From contig JTLS01000070.1 of the NCBI GenBank assembly GCA_000826855.1, forward strand, positions 1 through 34,831: 34,831 bases of DNA, in the 5' to 3' direction. A program made the translations under genes and the position numbers. A model generated the notes under the pieces. That model was not told where the DNA came from. It saw only the letters and a program-made list of their open reading frames with translations, and ran no database searches. Source of the DNA: Basidioascus undulatus. Taxonomy: Eukaryota. This document shows positions 24,148 to 34,428 of the stretch, piece after piece (positions within the stretch are counted from its first letter, which is position 1; the number at the start of each line of letters is the position of its first letter).

Positions 24148-24557
24148 TGTCTGTGCAATGTTCCCCAACTTGCCGTTCTGAAGACAGCTCTAGAGTGCAG
24201 CAGCGCCAGTATCTGGCCCATTCAAGCTTGCACTGGTCTCAAGCGCATGGAAGCTTTGCTCGCTTGTGCAGATGTTGGTTCAGAGCCATTAAACGCTGCA
24301 ACATTTCAGATCTACTTGTCAGATTGCAGGGCTCCGATACCGCCCGGAGACTGCGGCGTGCTATTCCAGTAGCTGTCGTCCGCTTTCAGCACCCGCTCGC
24401 CCCCTTCCCCTTCGTCCAGAAGTCCGCTATCACTCTGCCAGGGTGTCGTTGACGGTCCTTTGCGACGCAGCGGCCACACCACCACTGTCTCGCATCAAAG
24501 GTATCATGAGTCCCCTCAACCCTTCGCAACTCCCCCATCTCACCCCGCCTCTGCCAA

Positions 24558-27309
24558 TCAAAGCTGTATCCGGTCCTCCACGCCCCTCCGCACCCGCCCA
24601 ATTAGGTCCCGTGCCGCGCCTGTGATCCGCTCCGGTTCAATGTCGAACCTGGGCGGAGGGACGTTGACGTTAAAGTTTCCGAGCTGGACGTTCAGTCCGG
24701 GCGTGGGCGCGGCGTTGCCCGCGCCGCCTCCTGCGTTGGCATTGGATGCGGCGGTGGCGGTCGAAAAAGTGGAGGGGATGAGGGAAGGAGGGGGGCGCCA
24801 AACGGAGGCCGGGAAGCGCGAGGCGGCTTCGGAGATGTTTTGGAGGAATCTGGGCCCCCGGGAGGTGGGCTTCAGATAGGCGTCGAGAAAGAGAATGGGA
24901 AGAACCCACGTTCGCGAGTTGAGCACGCTCGTGCCGCCCAGGAGGATTCGCGTGCCGGTGGAGACCTGCGCGCCGGCGACGCCCGCGCCCGCGGCGATCT
25001 GCTGGTTGAGGAGCGCGACGGTCCGCGCTTCCTCGTAGGTCGTCCCGCCCACAATGAAGAGGATGATTTCCTGCGGTCTGTGGAAAAGAACGGTACGCAT
25101 CAGCGAAGTGGGAAGGGAGGAGATGGAGCAACGAGAAAACGCACCGAGACTGTTGGGTCCAGCCAGGGGGCGGCGCGCCGTCCAGGAAGGGGTAAGACTG
25201 TTCGCGCAGGCGGCCTTTGAGGAGGAGCTCGAGCGTCTGGGCGAGGTGCGGCGTGTGCTGCGTGTAGACGTTGTCGACGCCCTGTCCGCGTTCCCACCGA
25301 CCGGTCAGAGCCGTTCGCCCCGATGCGGAAGATAGGGTGCGGGAAGAGAGGACCGAAACCACCTTCAAACCTTTCAACGCGCTCTTGCCCCTAGAGAAAA
25401 AGTTCTCGTTCGAAAAGAGGTCGTCCTGCCGCTGCTCGGCGCCGGCGATGTTTAACATGACGTAGACGAGCTGTCGCGCCATCCACCGTGAGTCCCGACT
25501 GATTCTTTATAAAGAAGAGAGCCGGGAGAGAAGTATTTTGGGAAAGAAGGAGAAGGAGGAGTGGAGAAGACGCACAGCGGCCCTCTGCTCCGGCACGCCG
25601 TTCTGCACGAGCTGGTGCACGACGGACGGGATCGCGTTCTGCGTCGACTTTTGATACCTAAGCGCGTAGAGGATCGCGAGGCGGAGCTTCGCGTCTGGGG
25701 AAATGTCCGGCGAGGCGATGAGGGATTGGACGCTCTGCGGAGCGCGCAGTTGCGTCAGTGGCGGGGCGGCGAGGGACGGACCACGGAAGTAGAGGCAAGG
25801 GAAAGAGCAGCGCACCTTGAGATCGCTCCCATGGCTCTCATTGCTCGCCAGACTCTGCTCGACCTCGCTGACCTCGAGCAAACGTTCGCGCTCGACGAGG
25901 CGGCTGAGCTCGCCGACGAGCGCGACGTGCTTGGACACGTTGCCCGCGAGCCGGCGGAACTCGGGGTACTCCTCCACGAAGCGCTTCATGTCCGCGATCG
26001 TCTCGATCTTGGCCGGCGACGTCGCGGCCGACTTAGACGAGTACTCCGAGACGTAGTGCTTCACTGACGCGCCGAGATCGCCGAAGTTGGAGAAGAGGTG
26101 CGTGGAGAAGAAGGGGTCTTGCTCGGGGGAGAGAACGATTTCCTGTTGCGACGAGACTTTCTCAGCGTGTGTGGAAAAGAGGGGATAGTGTGGGAGGAGG
26201 TAGGCAGGAGGCGCACCCGCAGTTCGGCACGCATGTCGGGCGCCCCGGAAAGGTCGACCCGCCCGTTGTGGATCCCGAGCAGCTCGTGCACCATCGCTTG
26301 GTACGTCCACTGGCTGAGCAGCGGCGTGACCGGGTCGTTCCGCCGGTCGAGGATGATCAGCAGCGGGGGCACCTCAGTGAGGCGGAAGTCGAAGAGCGCG
26401 GGGTCTTGGTTCATTAGGTACTGCGGTCGTCCTCATAATGTGAATTTCGCTTTCGCTCAAGGGTAAAGTGCATGGAGAATCATGGGAGAATGGAGGGAGG
26501 AGCTGGGAAGGAGACCCACCTGTAGTTCTCCGCCCAGCTTCTTCGCCATCGGACTCATCCGCTCGTATCGCATCACAGGGCGCTTCTTCAGACTGAGCAG
26601 CAGCGCAGCGAGCCCGGACGCGGCGCGCTCAAGCGAGGGGGAGTCCCACGTATTGGCCGTATCGGCCCACAGGCGGTGTTGCGGCGGAGAGAGGGAGAGG
26701 GAGAAGAGCGAGGGCAGGAGCGCGTGGTAGTCGGCGAAGTACTCCTGCCGACAGGGGAGGGATGTGAGGAGGAGGAGTAGAATAATGGAAAGGGTATTAA
26801 CGCACTTGGACTTCTCGTACGACTTCAAACTCGTCCGCTTCGGCTAACCGCTCGATCGCGCTCTTCTTGAGCACATTGCTGAAGTCTGCCCTCGGCGTCC
26901 AGTTTCAGCCCCCAGCTCACCTCCCACCTCCTACACCGCACAAGGGAATGCACGCACACAGGTAGTACTCCCCGTACTTCGGCGCCCTCAACTCCTCCAC
27001 CAGCGCGCCGACGCTCTCCGCGCTGGGGCGCACAAAGCACACACACTTGAGGTGCGGGACGCGCTCGCGGGCGCGGTTGGCGAGCGCGTCTGTGAGGTAG
27101 ACCTCGTGGGAGAGGAGCGCGGACTGGGTGGATGCGAGGGAGATGATTGGGGTCTGGTGCGGAGGGCATCTAGGTTGAGATGGGCCAGCGCAGGCAGGAT
27201 GGGTGGAAGTGGGACGCACAGTTTCAGGATCGAGCAGGAGCGCCTTCATCCCGCTCACGTCGCTCAGCATCTTGCTGATGTAGTTCTGCACAGCTTTGAT
27301 AGCGTCCAT
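24558..27309 (-). CDS. VPS45: Vacuolar protein sorting protein 45 (Sec1/Munc18 family), about 10 introns
   Basis: [187 protein letters not shown]. Canonical GT-AG introns, e.g. 27154-27219, 26886-26957, 25735-25815, 24850-24909. Confidence 0.96.
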
Positions 27310-27802
27310 ATCGGACTGCGTTCAGTGGTCCGAGAGGGACGCGAAGGTTGAAAGGGCGGAGGGTGCGGAGCGAGAAGCGAGGGCCCAGGAGTCGCTGAGG
27401 GTGCGGGAGAAGGGGAAGCAGAGCCGGCGCTGGCTCCTGCCTCGAGCGGATTGAAGATGAGTATGGTTTTGACGCTGGAAGAATGAGTTTGGAGGTTGCA
27501 GATGCTTGATGGTAGAAATGTTGATTGGAGGTTGAGTGCCGAGGCACTGCACAGCGGTATCGTGGAAATGCCCAGTGACAGTGCGGGCGTGACGGGCACT
27601 CCGAGTTTAACGCAGGAGCGGCGAGCGGCAATATACGCACGAGAGGTACTTACGTTGGGGCTGGCTCAATCTCAGTTCCATGCAGGTACATGGTGACAGA
27701 ATGAAGACAGTAGACCCTGTCTCTTTTTGTACCCCGAAAGCCAACGAGATCCGGTAATGAGCTTTTGCTTACTTATATTTTTCTTTGGGCCGACTTTATC
27801 AC

Positions 27803-27875
27803 GGCCGCTTAACTCAGTTGGTAGAGTGTTTGCTTAACACGCAAAATGTCGCAGGATCGAGCCCTGCAGTGGTCA
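27803..27875 (+). tRNA. tRNA-Val, anticodon AAC (read as IAC), intronless
   Basis: Cloverleaf: acceptor GGCCGCT/AGTGGTC, D-stem ACTC/GAGT with loop AGTTGGTA, anticodon stem TTTGC/GCAAA with loop TT-AAC-AC (anticodon 27836-27838), T-stem GCAGG/CCTGC with loop ATCGAGC, discriminator A; 73 nt. Confidence 0.93.
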
Positions 27876-27889
27876 TTTCCTTTTGTTTT
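27876..27889 (+). terminator. Pol III oligo-T terminator of the tRNA gene
   Basis: TTTCCTTTTGTTTT immediately after the discriminator base. Confidence 0.65.
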
Positions 27890-28110
27890 GTGCCCTGCTT
27901 TTTGTTGCAACCACTGTACCTATAACACTATCCCACTGCAAATGCTTCATATTCCGATGTACTTCTGACACAGGCACTCATAACCACTGTCATTGATATG
28001 TGTCACTGTCACTGCGATACGGCCGGCTGACTGTGCGATTCACGCGTTCAAGGGAAGACGACCCCCACCCGTCCCGTTTCTTGCTGTAACCCAGCATTGC
28101 GGGACAGAGG

Positions 28111-29631
28111 ATGTATTGGTACATATCCTTCCTGCGTCCCCCGCCCCTCAGCCTCTCCCCAGGCCAGCCCCTCCAGTTCGCGGTCCAAATCGCGAACGAC
28201 CTCCGGACACAGTGCGTCCCTTTCCGTCCTTACCCTACACCTTCTCCACTGAAAGCACTCCACAGGCCCTACTCCCCTTCCACACCCCTCCCACTCCTCT
28301 ACGCCTTCCTCCTCCACCCGCCCTCCCAGCCCTCCGCACACCCGACCACCCTTTTCCACCTCGGCTGCCTCACCCCACCTCAGAAGCTCACGCTTTACCG
28401 CGGTCCACAAGACGCGTACCGAGTCCTCTCCGTGCCCCTGCCGAAGCCGCTCAAGCCGAGCGCGGTGGTGACCCTCGCGGTGTGGGCGGAGGGCGCGGAG
28501 CTGCTCTCCCTTCTGAGCGGGCGGGGCATGGAGGGGCACGGGCCGGAGGAGAGGCGCCCGCTCGCGGTGTTCTCAATGCCTATTCTTGTGAGCGGGAACG
28601 GGAAGCAGGACGGGAAAGGGAAGCAAGGGAGGATACAGAGGGGGTATCGGATGCCGGATGGGCCCAAGGTTGGGGAGGAGGAGGGGGAGGGGAGGGCGAA
28701 GAGGTTCTTGAGCTTGGTGGAGGATACGTCGTTTGATTTGGATAAGGTGCGCTCTGTCCTTCTTCCTTCGGTACTCCTTGTTCTGCCATGCTCATGCTTT
28801 TAGCCGCGTCGGTACGGGCCTCGCAGAAACTATGGGACTCCGGCCTGGCGTTCTCGCACCTCCTCACGACCCTTCTCTTCCCCCCGTCGCCTCTCGCTCC
28901 CTCCTCTTTCAAACCCTATGCACCCCTTCTCTCGCTCTTCTCCAATTCTTCCCGACCACTCAAGATCGTTGAGCTCGGTAAGTTCCCCAGGCCCGCACTT
29001 CTCACGACCTTTCCAGGCTGACTGTGGGCGTGAGCAAAAGGCACCGGCACCGGCATCCTCTCCCTCACGCTCGCCGTCCTCCTCTCCTTCCTCTCCCCCT
29101 CCACTCCCCACACCCTCTACGCAACCGACCTCCGTGCGTCCTCCTCCCCATCCCCCATCCCCACCCCATGTTCCCACTGACTTCCTTCCCCTCCCCGAGG
29201 CAGCATCCGCGCTCCCCCTCCTCACGCAGAACATCGCGCTCAACGCCCCCCTCTTCCCCTTACCGCTCCGCCTGCTCCCCCTCGCCCTGGACTGGTCCGC
29301 CCCTCCCCCGCTCGCCGTCCTCTCCTCTCGGCCAGACCTCGTCCTCGCCGCCGACGTCGCGTATAACACCGCCTCTTTCCCCATCCTCCTCTCCACGCTG
29401 TGCACGCTCCTCCAACCCGCGCCTAGCGAAAGCGAAGTACGAAGGGGGCCGCTGGGGGTCGTGGCGTATAAGTGGAGAGACGAGGGCGAGCGCGATCTGT
29501 GGGGCTTGGGCGGCGAGCGGGGGTTGGAATGGGAGCTGGCTGGGAAGATTGGGGAAGGTGGGGAGGGGAGGGAGACGGAGGTTTGGTTCGTTAGGTGGCG
29601 GGGTGGGGAGGAAGAGGAGGAGGGGAAATGA
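28111..29631 (+). CDS. Seven-beta-strand protein lysine methyltransferase, METTL21/Methyltransf_16-like, about 417 aa
   Basis: Exons 28111-28211, 28266-28746, 28827-28977, 29041-29133 and 29204-29631 total 1254 nt, in frame. Motifs: EDTSFDLDK|KLWDSG, motif I KIVELG|TGTGILSL, YATDL, ALPLLTQNIALN, LALDW, DLVLAADVAYN (DxxY), VAYKWRDEGE. The N-terminus is MYWYISFLRPPP..IANDLRT. Confidence 0.9.
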
Positions 29632-30095
29632 AGGGGGAGGGGACACTGCGTATCCGTTGTGAGCTGTGTGCTGGCATTCGTGGTTACAAGCTGACTGGGC
29701 AGGCCAGGCTGATCTGTCGAGATGGTCTTGGACCAGTCTTTTTGCTCTTCGTTTTGGATGGGCGTAGGATTGGATTGGCACAGCGGCATGGGCCGGATTC
29801 GTGACAACGGCAGGGAGGAATGAGAAGTTGACTCACAGCCAGGATGCTTACCGTGTTGAATGATCGAGGCCGTACGACTGCGAGACCTGCTGAAAAAGAG
29901 TGTTGCAGATAAGATTATTCCTGAAGAAATTACATTCCTGAACAATTATCGGAGACCATTTTGGCGCTTACCCATGTCTCCTTGGGCGCGGGGCGGCCAT
30001 GATTTCACCGCACCGTCGCTTGTCCCATTCGTCGTGCATCACCTCCAAATCCGCGCTGTAAAATTTTCCGTCTCCTCCAGATTCTGTCCACCGCC

Positions 30096-30960
30096 ATGTC
30101 GACCCTCTCCAAGAACCTGATCGCCATCGCCACGCCGTCCACCGGCGAGTCTGACTGCCCGCCCTCTCTCGAGTGCCTTCCATCAGAGCTGCTGGTCCAC
30201 CTCGGCATGACTTGCGACCGCTCTACTCTTTGTGCTCTCTCGCTCGTGAACCGCAAGCTTCGGGCTGTCGTGCTTCCACAACTCTTCGAGACGGGCCTCC
30301 GCGTCCCTTCTTGAGTCTGTTGGGCGCCTGGCGGAGGCGGTCAGGCCGAGCTCGCTACTTCAGAATGCTATCAGGTGAGTTCGTGTATCCTAGAAACGCT
30401 CGTGATGGTGTTTGTCTGAAGGGCTCCACCACCAACGTAGGCGCTCGACATTGGCGAGCCTCGCCGTTCTTCGGCAGCTTCCTACGACACTTTCGCAGCT
30501 GGGGGACGACCAGATGCCTCCATCGTCTACGCCATTTTGCTTTTCCCTTCGGAGATCAAACCCTGGGGAACAGCTCTACAGTACGTGCGCTCGGCGCGAC
30601 TGTCGCTGCGCTCGCCCACCTGGAGAGTTTGAACCTCCAAATCGACGCAGAACTCGCGTCCACGCTGCCCACCAAAAAATTACAAAGCGGTTAACTCACA
30701 TTTGCTTCATTTGGGCGATGATAGCCTTCATCTCCAACAAGTCTGCCCAGACGCCCACATGGACTTCCCCGAAGTTGACTGGGATAAGCTGCGTCCCTTC
30801 GAGAGGCCTTCAAAGGTTTGGGCAGGACGGTGGGATGCCCGATTGATTGGTCTATCCTTGCAGGCACTCCGGGTAGAACCTGTGGCCTGTTCACCGAGTG
30901 CTCAATGTGAGTGTGTTAGGCACTGCTTGAACATAGGGTAACGAAGCCGACGTGGACAAG
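30096..30960 (+). pseudogene. Probable F-box(-LRR-like) gene remnant
   Basis: F-box-like start SLECLPSELLVHLGMTCDRSTLCALSLVNRKLRAVVLPQLF, then a stop at 30312-30314. Protein-like text continues in other frames (LESVGRLAEAVRPSSLLQNAIR before a GTGAGT donor; VRALGATVAALAHLESLNLQI; FPEVDWDKLRPF) with frame changes and stops. The 3' boundary is approximate. Confidence 0.5.
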
Positions 30961-31561
30961 CTACGCACAGCATGCCGTCATGACCAATCAGCCCTGCCAC
31001 ATAGGCTCGGTGAATATGCTGCAGATGTCTGACATAATTGGACCGTGAGGAATGAAAAGACCGGAAAGGCTGTCTGCGAAGGAGGTGCACAACATGACTA
31101 GTGGTCCGGTACATTTGAGTACATTTGATTCCCACGTGACTATTATGTTGGATACAGAGAGCACAAATTGCGATGAGCATGTGCCCCTCAAGCATCCATG
31201 TAATGAAAGCCTATTATTGCCAGGTCGAGTTCACTCACTCTGAGAAACTCCATGCCGTCGTCGACATCGTTTCCGGCGAGCCCATGGCAGCCATCGAGAA
31301 AGAAGACTTGTGCGTGCTCCCTTAGTCCTCATTCTCTTGTATAGGTGCTGAAATTCAAAGGCGACCTGCCGAGTCTCGAGAAGTACGCTCTTGTTTTGGT
31401 GATCCAGTAACGTTTCACGATCCGACTTTCGTCTATATAGTTTCTTGCTGTGTTGTAGGCAAGCGTCAACACTTAACACACTCCTTCGTGCTCGCCACGG
31501 AATGCACGCTCCTGTTTACCAAACACGCTGAGCAATACTTTTTAGCGGCTTCTTCTCCGAC

Positions 31562-31909
31562 ATGGTTTCTTTCTCCGGTTCACTGACCAGGATGCGCGCA
31601 CGTTGCTACTCCCTCTCGCCCTCACCAGCCTCTCCCTCGCCCTCTCCTGCGGTCTCCACCGACGTACTCTCCGAAATCGGGGAAGACCTTGTCGACACAA
31701 TCAAGACTCTTTTCAAAGTCCATGACAAGTACAAACCAAAGTACCCGGTGAGTATGAAGACCTAAGACTGCTTGCTTGCTTTCGCCCTGTGGCCTCGCCG
31801 TGGATCACCATTCCATGAAGCCCAAGGCTGACTGGATCTTGTCACCGGATTACAGGACCGGGCACGCAGTGGTGTAGTCTTGCCGAGCTGGACATGGACA
31901 CTTGTATGA
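31562..31909 (+). CDS. Candidate small spliced ORF, about 79 aa, unknown function
   Basis: ATG 31562; phase-0 intron 31748-31855 with consensus GTGAGT, GCTGAC and TACAG; second exon DRARSGVVLPSWTWTLV*. TATATA at ~31434. No recognisable domain. Confidence 0.3.
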
Positions 31910-32141
31910 CGGAGCGCTTTCATTCACAACTTGCATACACACACAGCCATACAGCGTGCATAACCGCTCTCGTACTCAGCCAGGACGGATCGACTGATTG
32001 CATGAATCAGCCTTACTCGAAGACGCGGAGCTCGCTGTCCTAATATTGATATTTTCCCGCCTTATTAAGGTCCATCTTCAATCACGCTCAACCCCGTCGC
32101 CTGTCCCTTCAGCACCCTCTCCATCCACCACCGCCGCCGCC

Positions 32142-33790
32142 CTACTTCACCTCCTCCCCCTTCTCCTTGACCACCGCGGGCGCCTCCATCCCCGCCCTCC
32201 ACCCCTCGCCCCACCCGCTGACCGCGTCATATGCAAACCAGTTCCACAACCCCGCGGCGCCCGCGCCGCGCCCGCTGAGCGCGTGCAGGACGTCCTGCAC
32301 GACAAGCCCGCCGAGGAGGGCGTGCTGCGGTGGGAGCGAGTGCGGGAGGGTCGGGAGGAGGGCGCTGGTCACCCAACCGCGTCCGATGTCAGCTGCAGGG
32401 TGGGGAGGTGAGGTGGAGAGGGGGAGAAGAAAGGGATACGGACATGATGTCTTCCTTTGAGAAAGGCAGGGGGGTAGGCGATGGGAGGAGCCCGGACGTC
32501 GTCAGGAGCTGCTTGAGAATCGTCCACAGCTCCTCGCCGTCCGCTTCGGAGACGGGCCACTTGCCCTCGTGCGCAGCGCGGAACTTCCACACGGCTGTGC
32601 CCGGCGCCCGACCTCGAGTCAGCATCACTATCCATGAACTACCCCATGGCGGGCGGGCAATCGCGAGCGAAGGTTGGGTGGGATGGAGGAAGTGAGGAGG
32701 AGGGCAGGACGGAAGAGTAATGCACCCTGCGGGACCCACGCGCCCCTCCACGCCTCCCGCGCGCGCCGGCGCTCGCGCTCCTTGACGCCCTTGCCCGCCC
32801 AGCTGTGCGCGAGCGCAGCGGGCAGGGTGGGGTACGACGCGCGGTAGCGGAGCTTCTTGGTCGCGGTCGGGTTCTCCTTGGTTGGTGCGGCCTTGTCGCT
32901 GCATCACATCCCCATCCCCATCCCCATCCCCATTCCGCGAGCGCCTCAGTTAGCCGCAGACCGAATGAGGAAGCGCAAAGTGCAGTATGTTGGAAGAAAG
33001 CGGAGAGGGGAGGGGTTGGGAGAAAGAGCGACGCACACAGCGTACTCGAACGCCTCCCCGCAGTCGACGAACGCCCACCCGCCCAAGCTCATCGCCCCGC
33101 ACGCAAAGAACTTCTTCCCCGCGCCGCCCTTGACCTTCCTGACCCTCTCCGCCAAGCGACCCAGCACCTCCCCGACCTTATCACACACCACCACGCAGTC
33201 CGCGCCCTCGAGCAGCTGGTCCAGCTCCTCCTCGCCCAGCCTCTCCCCCTCCCCCTCCGACCACGGATCCACGCTCCCCGGCAAGCCCTTCCCAACCGCG
33301 CGCAGCTCCACGAGCGGGTTCAGCATCCGCAGCGGCTCGAGCGCCGCCTCCGCGGCGTTCGCGCCCACCGCGCCCTCGCCCTCGCGCAGGAGGATGCCGG
33401 CGGACGAGCCGAGCAGCGCAGGGGTGACGCGCGCGCCGTCGAGCACGGTGAGGGATCCGATGCCCGCGAGCACGAGGTTCTTGGCGATCTCGGAGGAGGG
33501 GCCGGTCAGGTTGATGAGGAGGATGCGGGACTGGCGGAGGAGCGTTTGCGCCGAGAGACCCCAGAGACGGATTTGGCGGTCGTAGAGAGAGGCCTAGGGG
33601 AAAGGGATAGAGAGTGGACGTCCCGCTTTGGTGTTCTTGTTTAGCATACGCACCTCGTCTGCCCAGACAAACAGCCCCGTCAGCGCAACTGCACACAGGT
33701 CTGCTCTCCTTCGCCAAACGCACCTTCGGTGATCTCCTTCCCAGCACCGGGCGCCGCAGCGGCGGCAGCAGAAGTTCCGTTGCTCGCCAT
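32142..33790 (-). CDS. AOS1: SUMO-activating enzyme E1 subunit Aos1/SAE1 (ThiF family), about 391 aa
   Basis: Exons 33724-33790, 33654-33658, 33037-33593, 32726-32898, 32444-32594 and 32142-32364 total 1176 nt, in frame. It reads MASNG..KEITEDEASLYDRQIRLWGLSAQTLLRQSRILLINLTGPSSEIAKNLVLAGIGSLTVLDG..GANAAEAALEPLRMLNPLV..FFACGAMSLGGWAFVD..PQHALLGGLVVQDVLHALSG..NWFAYD. The length fits the small E1 subunit, not Uba1. Confidence 0.9.
32908..32933 (-). repeat. (GGGGAT)x4 tandem repeat inside AOS1 intron 3
   Basis: The plus strand reads ATCCCCATCCCCATCCCCATCCCCAT. Confidence 0.85.
33654..33658 (-). other. 5-nt microexon (ACGAG) of AOS1
   Basis: Minus strand ..GCTGAC..GGGCAG|ACGAG|GTGCGT..; flanking introns 33659-33723 and 33594-33653. 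Inclusion restores ITEDEASLYDRQIRLWG. Confidence 0.9.
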
Positions 33791-34428
33791 ATCCGATCCC
33801 GGTCAGTTACACCACGAGTAGGGAGCGTAAAGGGCTAGGTGCGAGTAACGAGGCAGCTGGAAGAGCAAAGCAGGAGGACGCGTCGCGGCGAGCAAAGGAC
33901 GCGCCTCATTCGGGATGCCATTTTTTTTCTTCTTTTTGGCCACCCGTGGCTGCCACTTTACTTGCATGGCAGCGACACATTTTTGATGCTGAACCTCTTA
34001 CCGAAGACCTAAAATTCAGCTCCGTGTGAGGTCTTACCCCAACACCGCGCCTTCGCAGCCTGCCCGCTGAGCGGCTCACCGGATGCAAGTAATTGCTGAG
34101 GCTCCAAGTCACCTTAAACCTATGCACGAACCAGCACAAAGCACCATTCAGGCAGCACGAACACTTGTACTACTTGGGTATCTCGACAACAACAGCAACA
34201 GTGGACCAACAGCAACACAAGCGACAAGAACACAAAGGAGGGGGTTGCGGGGACGGTCGGTATGACAGATTGGAGGGTGACGAATTAGAGGAAAAGGGAC
34301 AACGCAGATGAAATGAAAAAAAATGAGAAGGAGCAAGTACTCGTGAAGATCGTGACGGAAAGGATAAACGTGCGATGCTAGAAATCGAAACGAAGTACGA
34401 GCTGACGGTCGAAAGTCCTGCGGTCCAC

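Noticed and set aside
24850..28265. In-frame, stop-free introns (24850-24909, 25735-25815, 28212-28265) as programmed alternative isoforms
   Set aside because: Expected by chance for short GC-rich introns; no further evidence from sequence alone.
28830..29945. 371-aa minus-strand ORF
   Set aside because: Antisense shadow of the methyltransferase exons and their C/G-skewed sequence.
34185..34235. CAA/CAG-rich stretch
   Set aside because: Short imperfect low-complexity sequence in a likely 3' UTR; no regular repeat-spacer structure.
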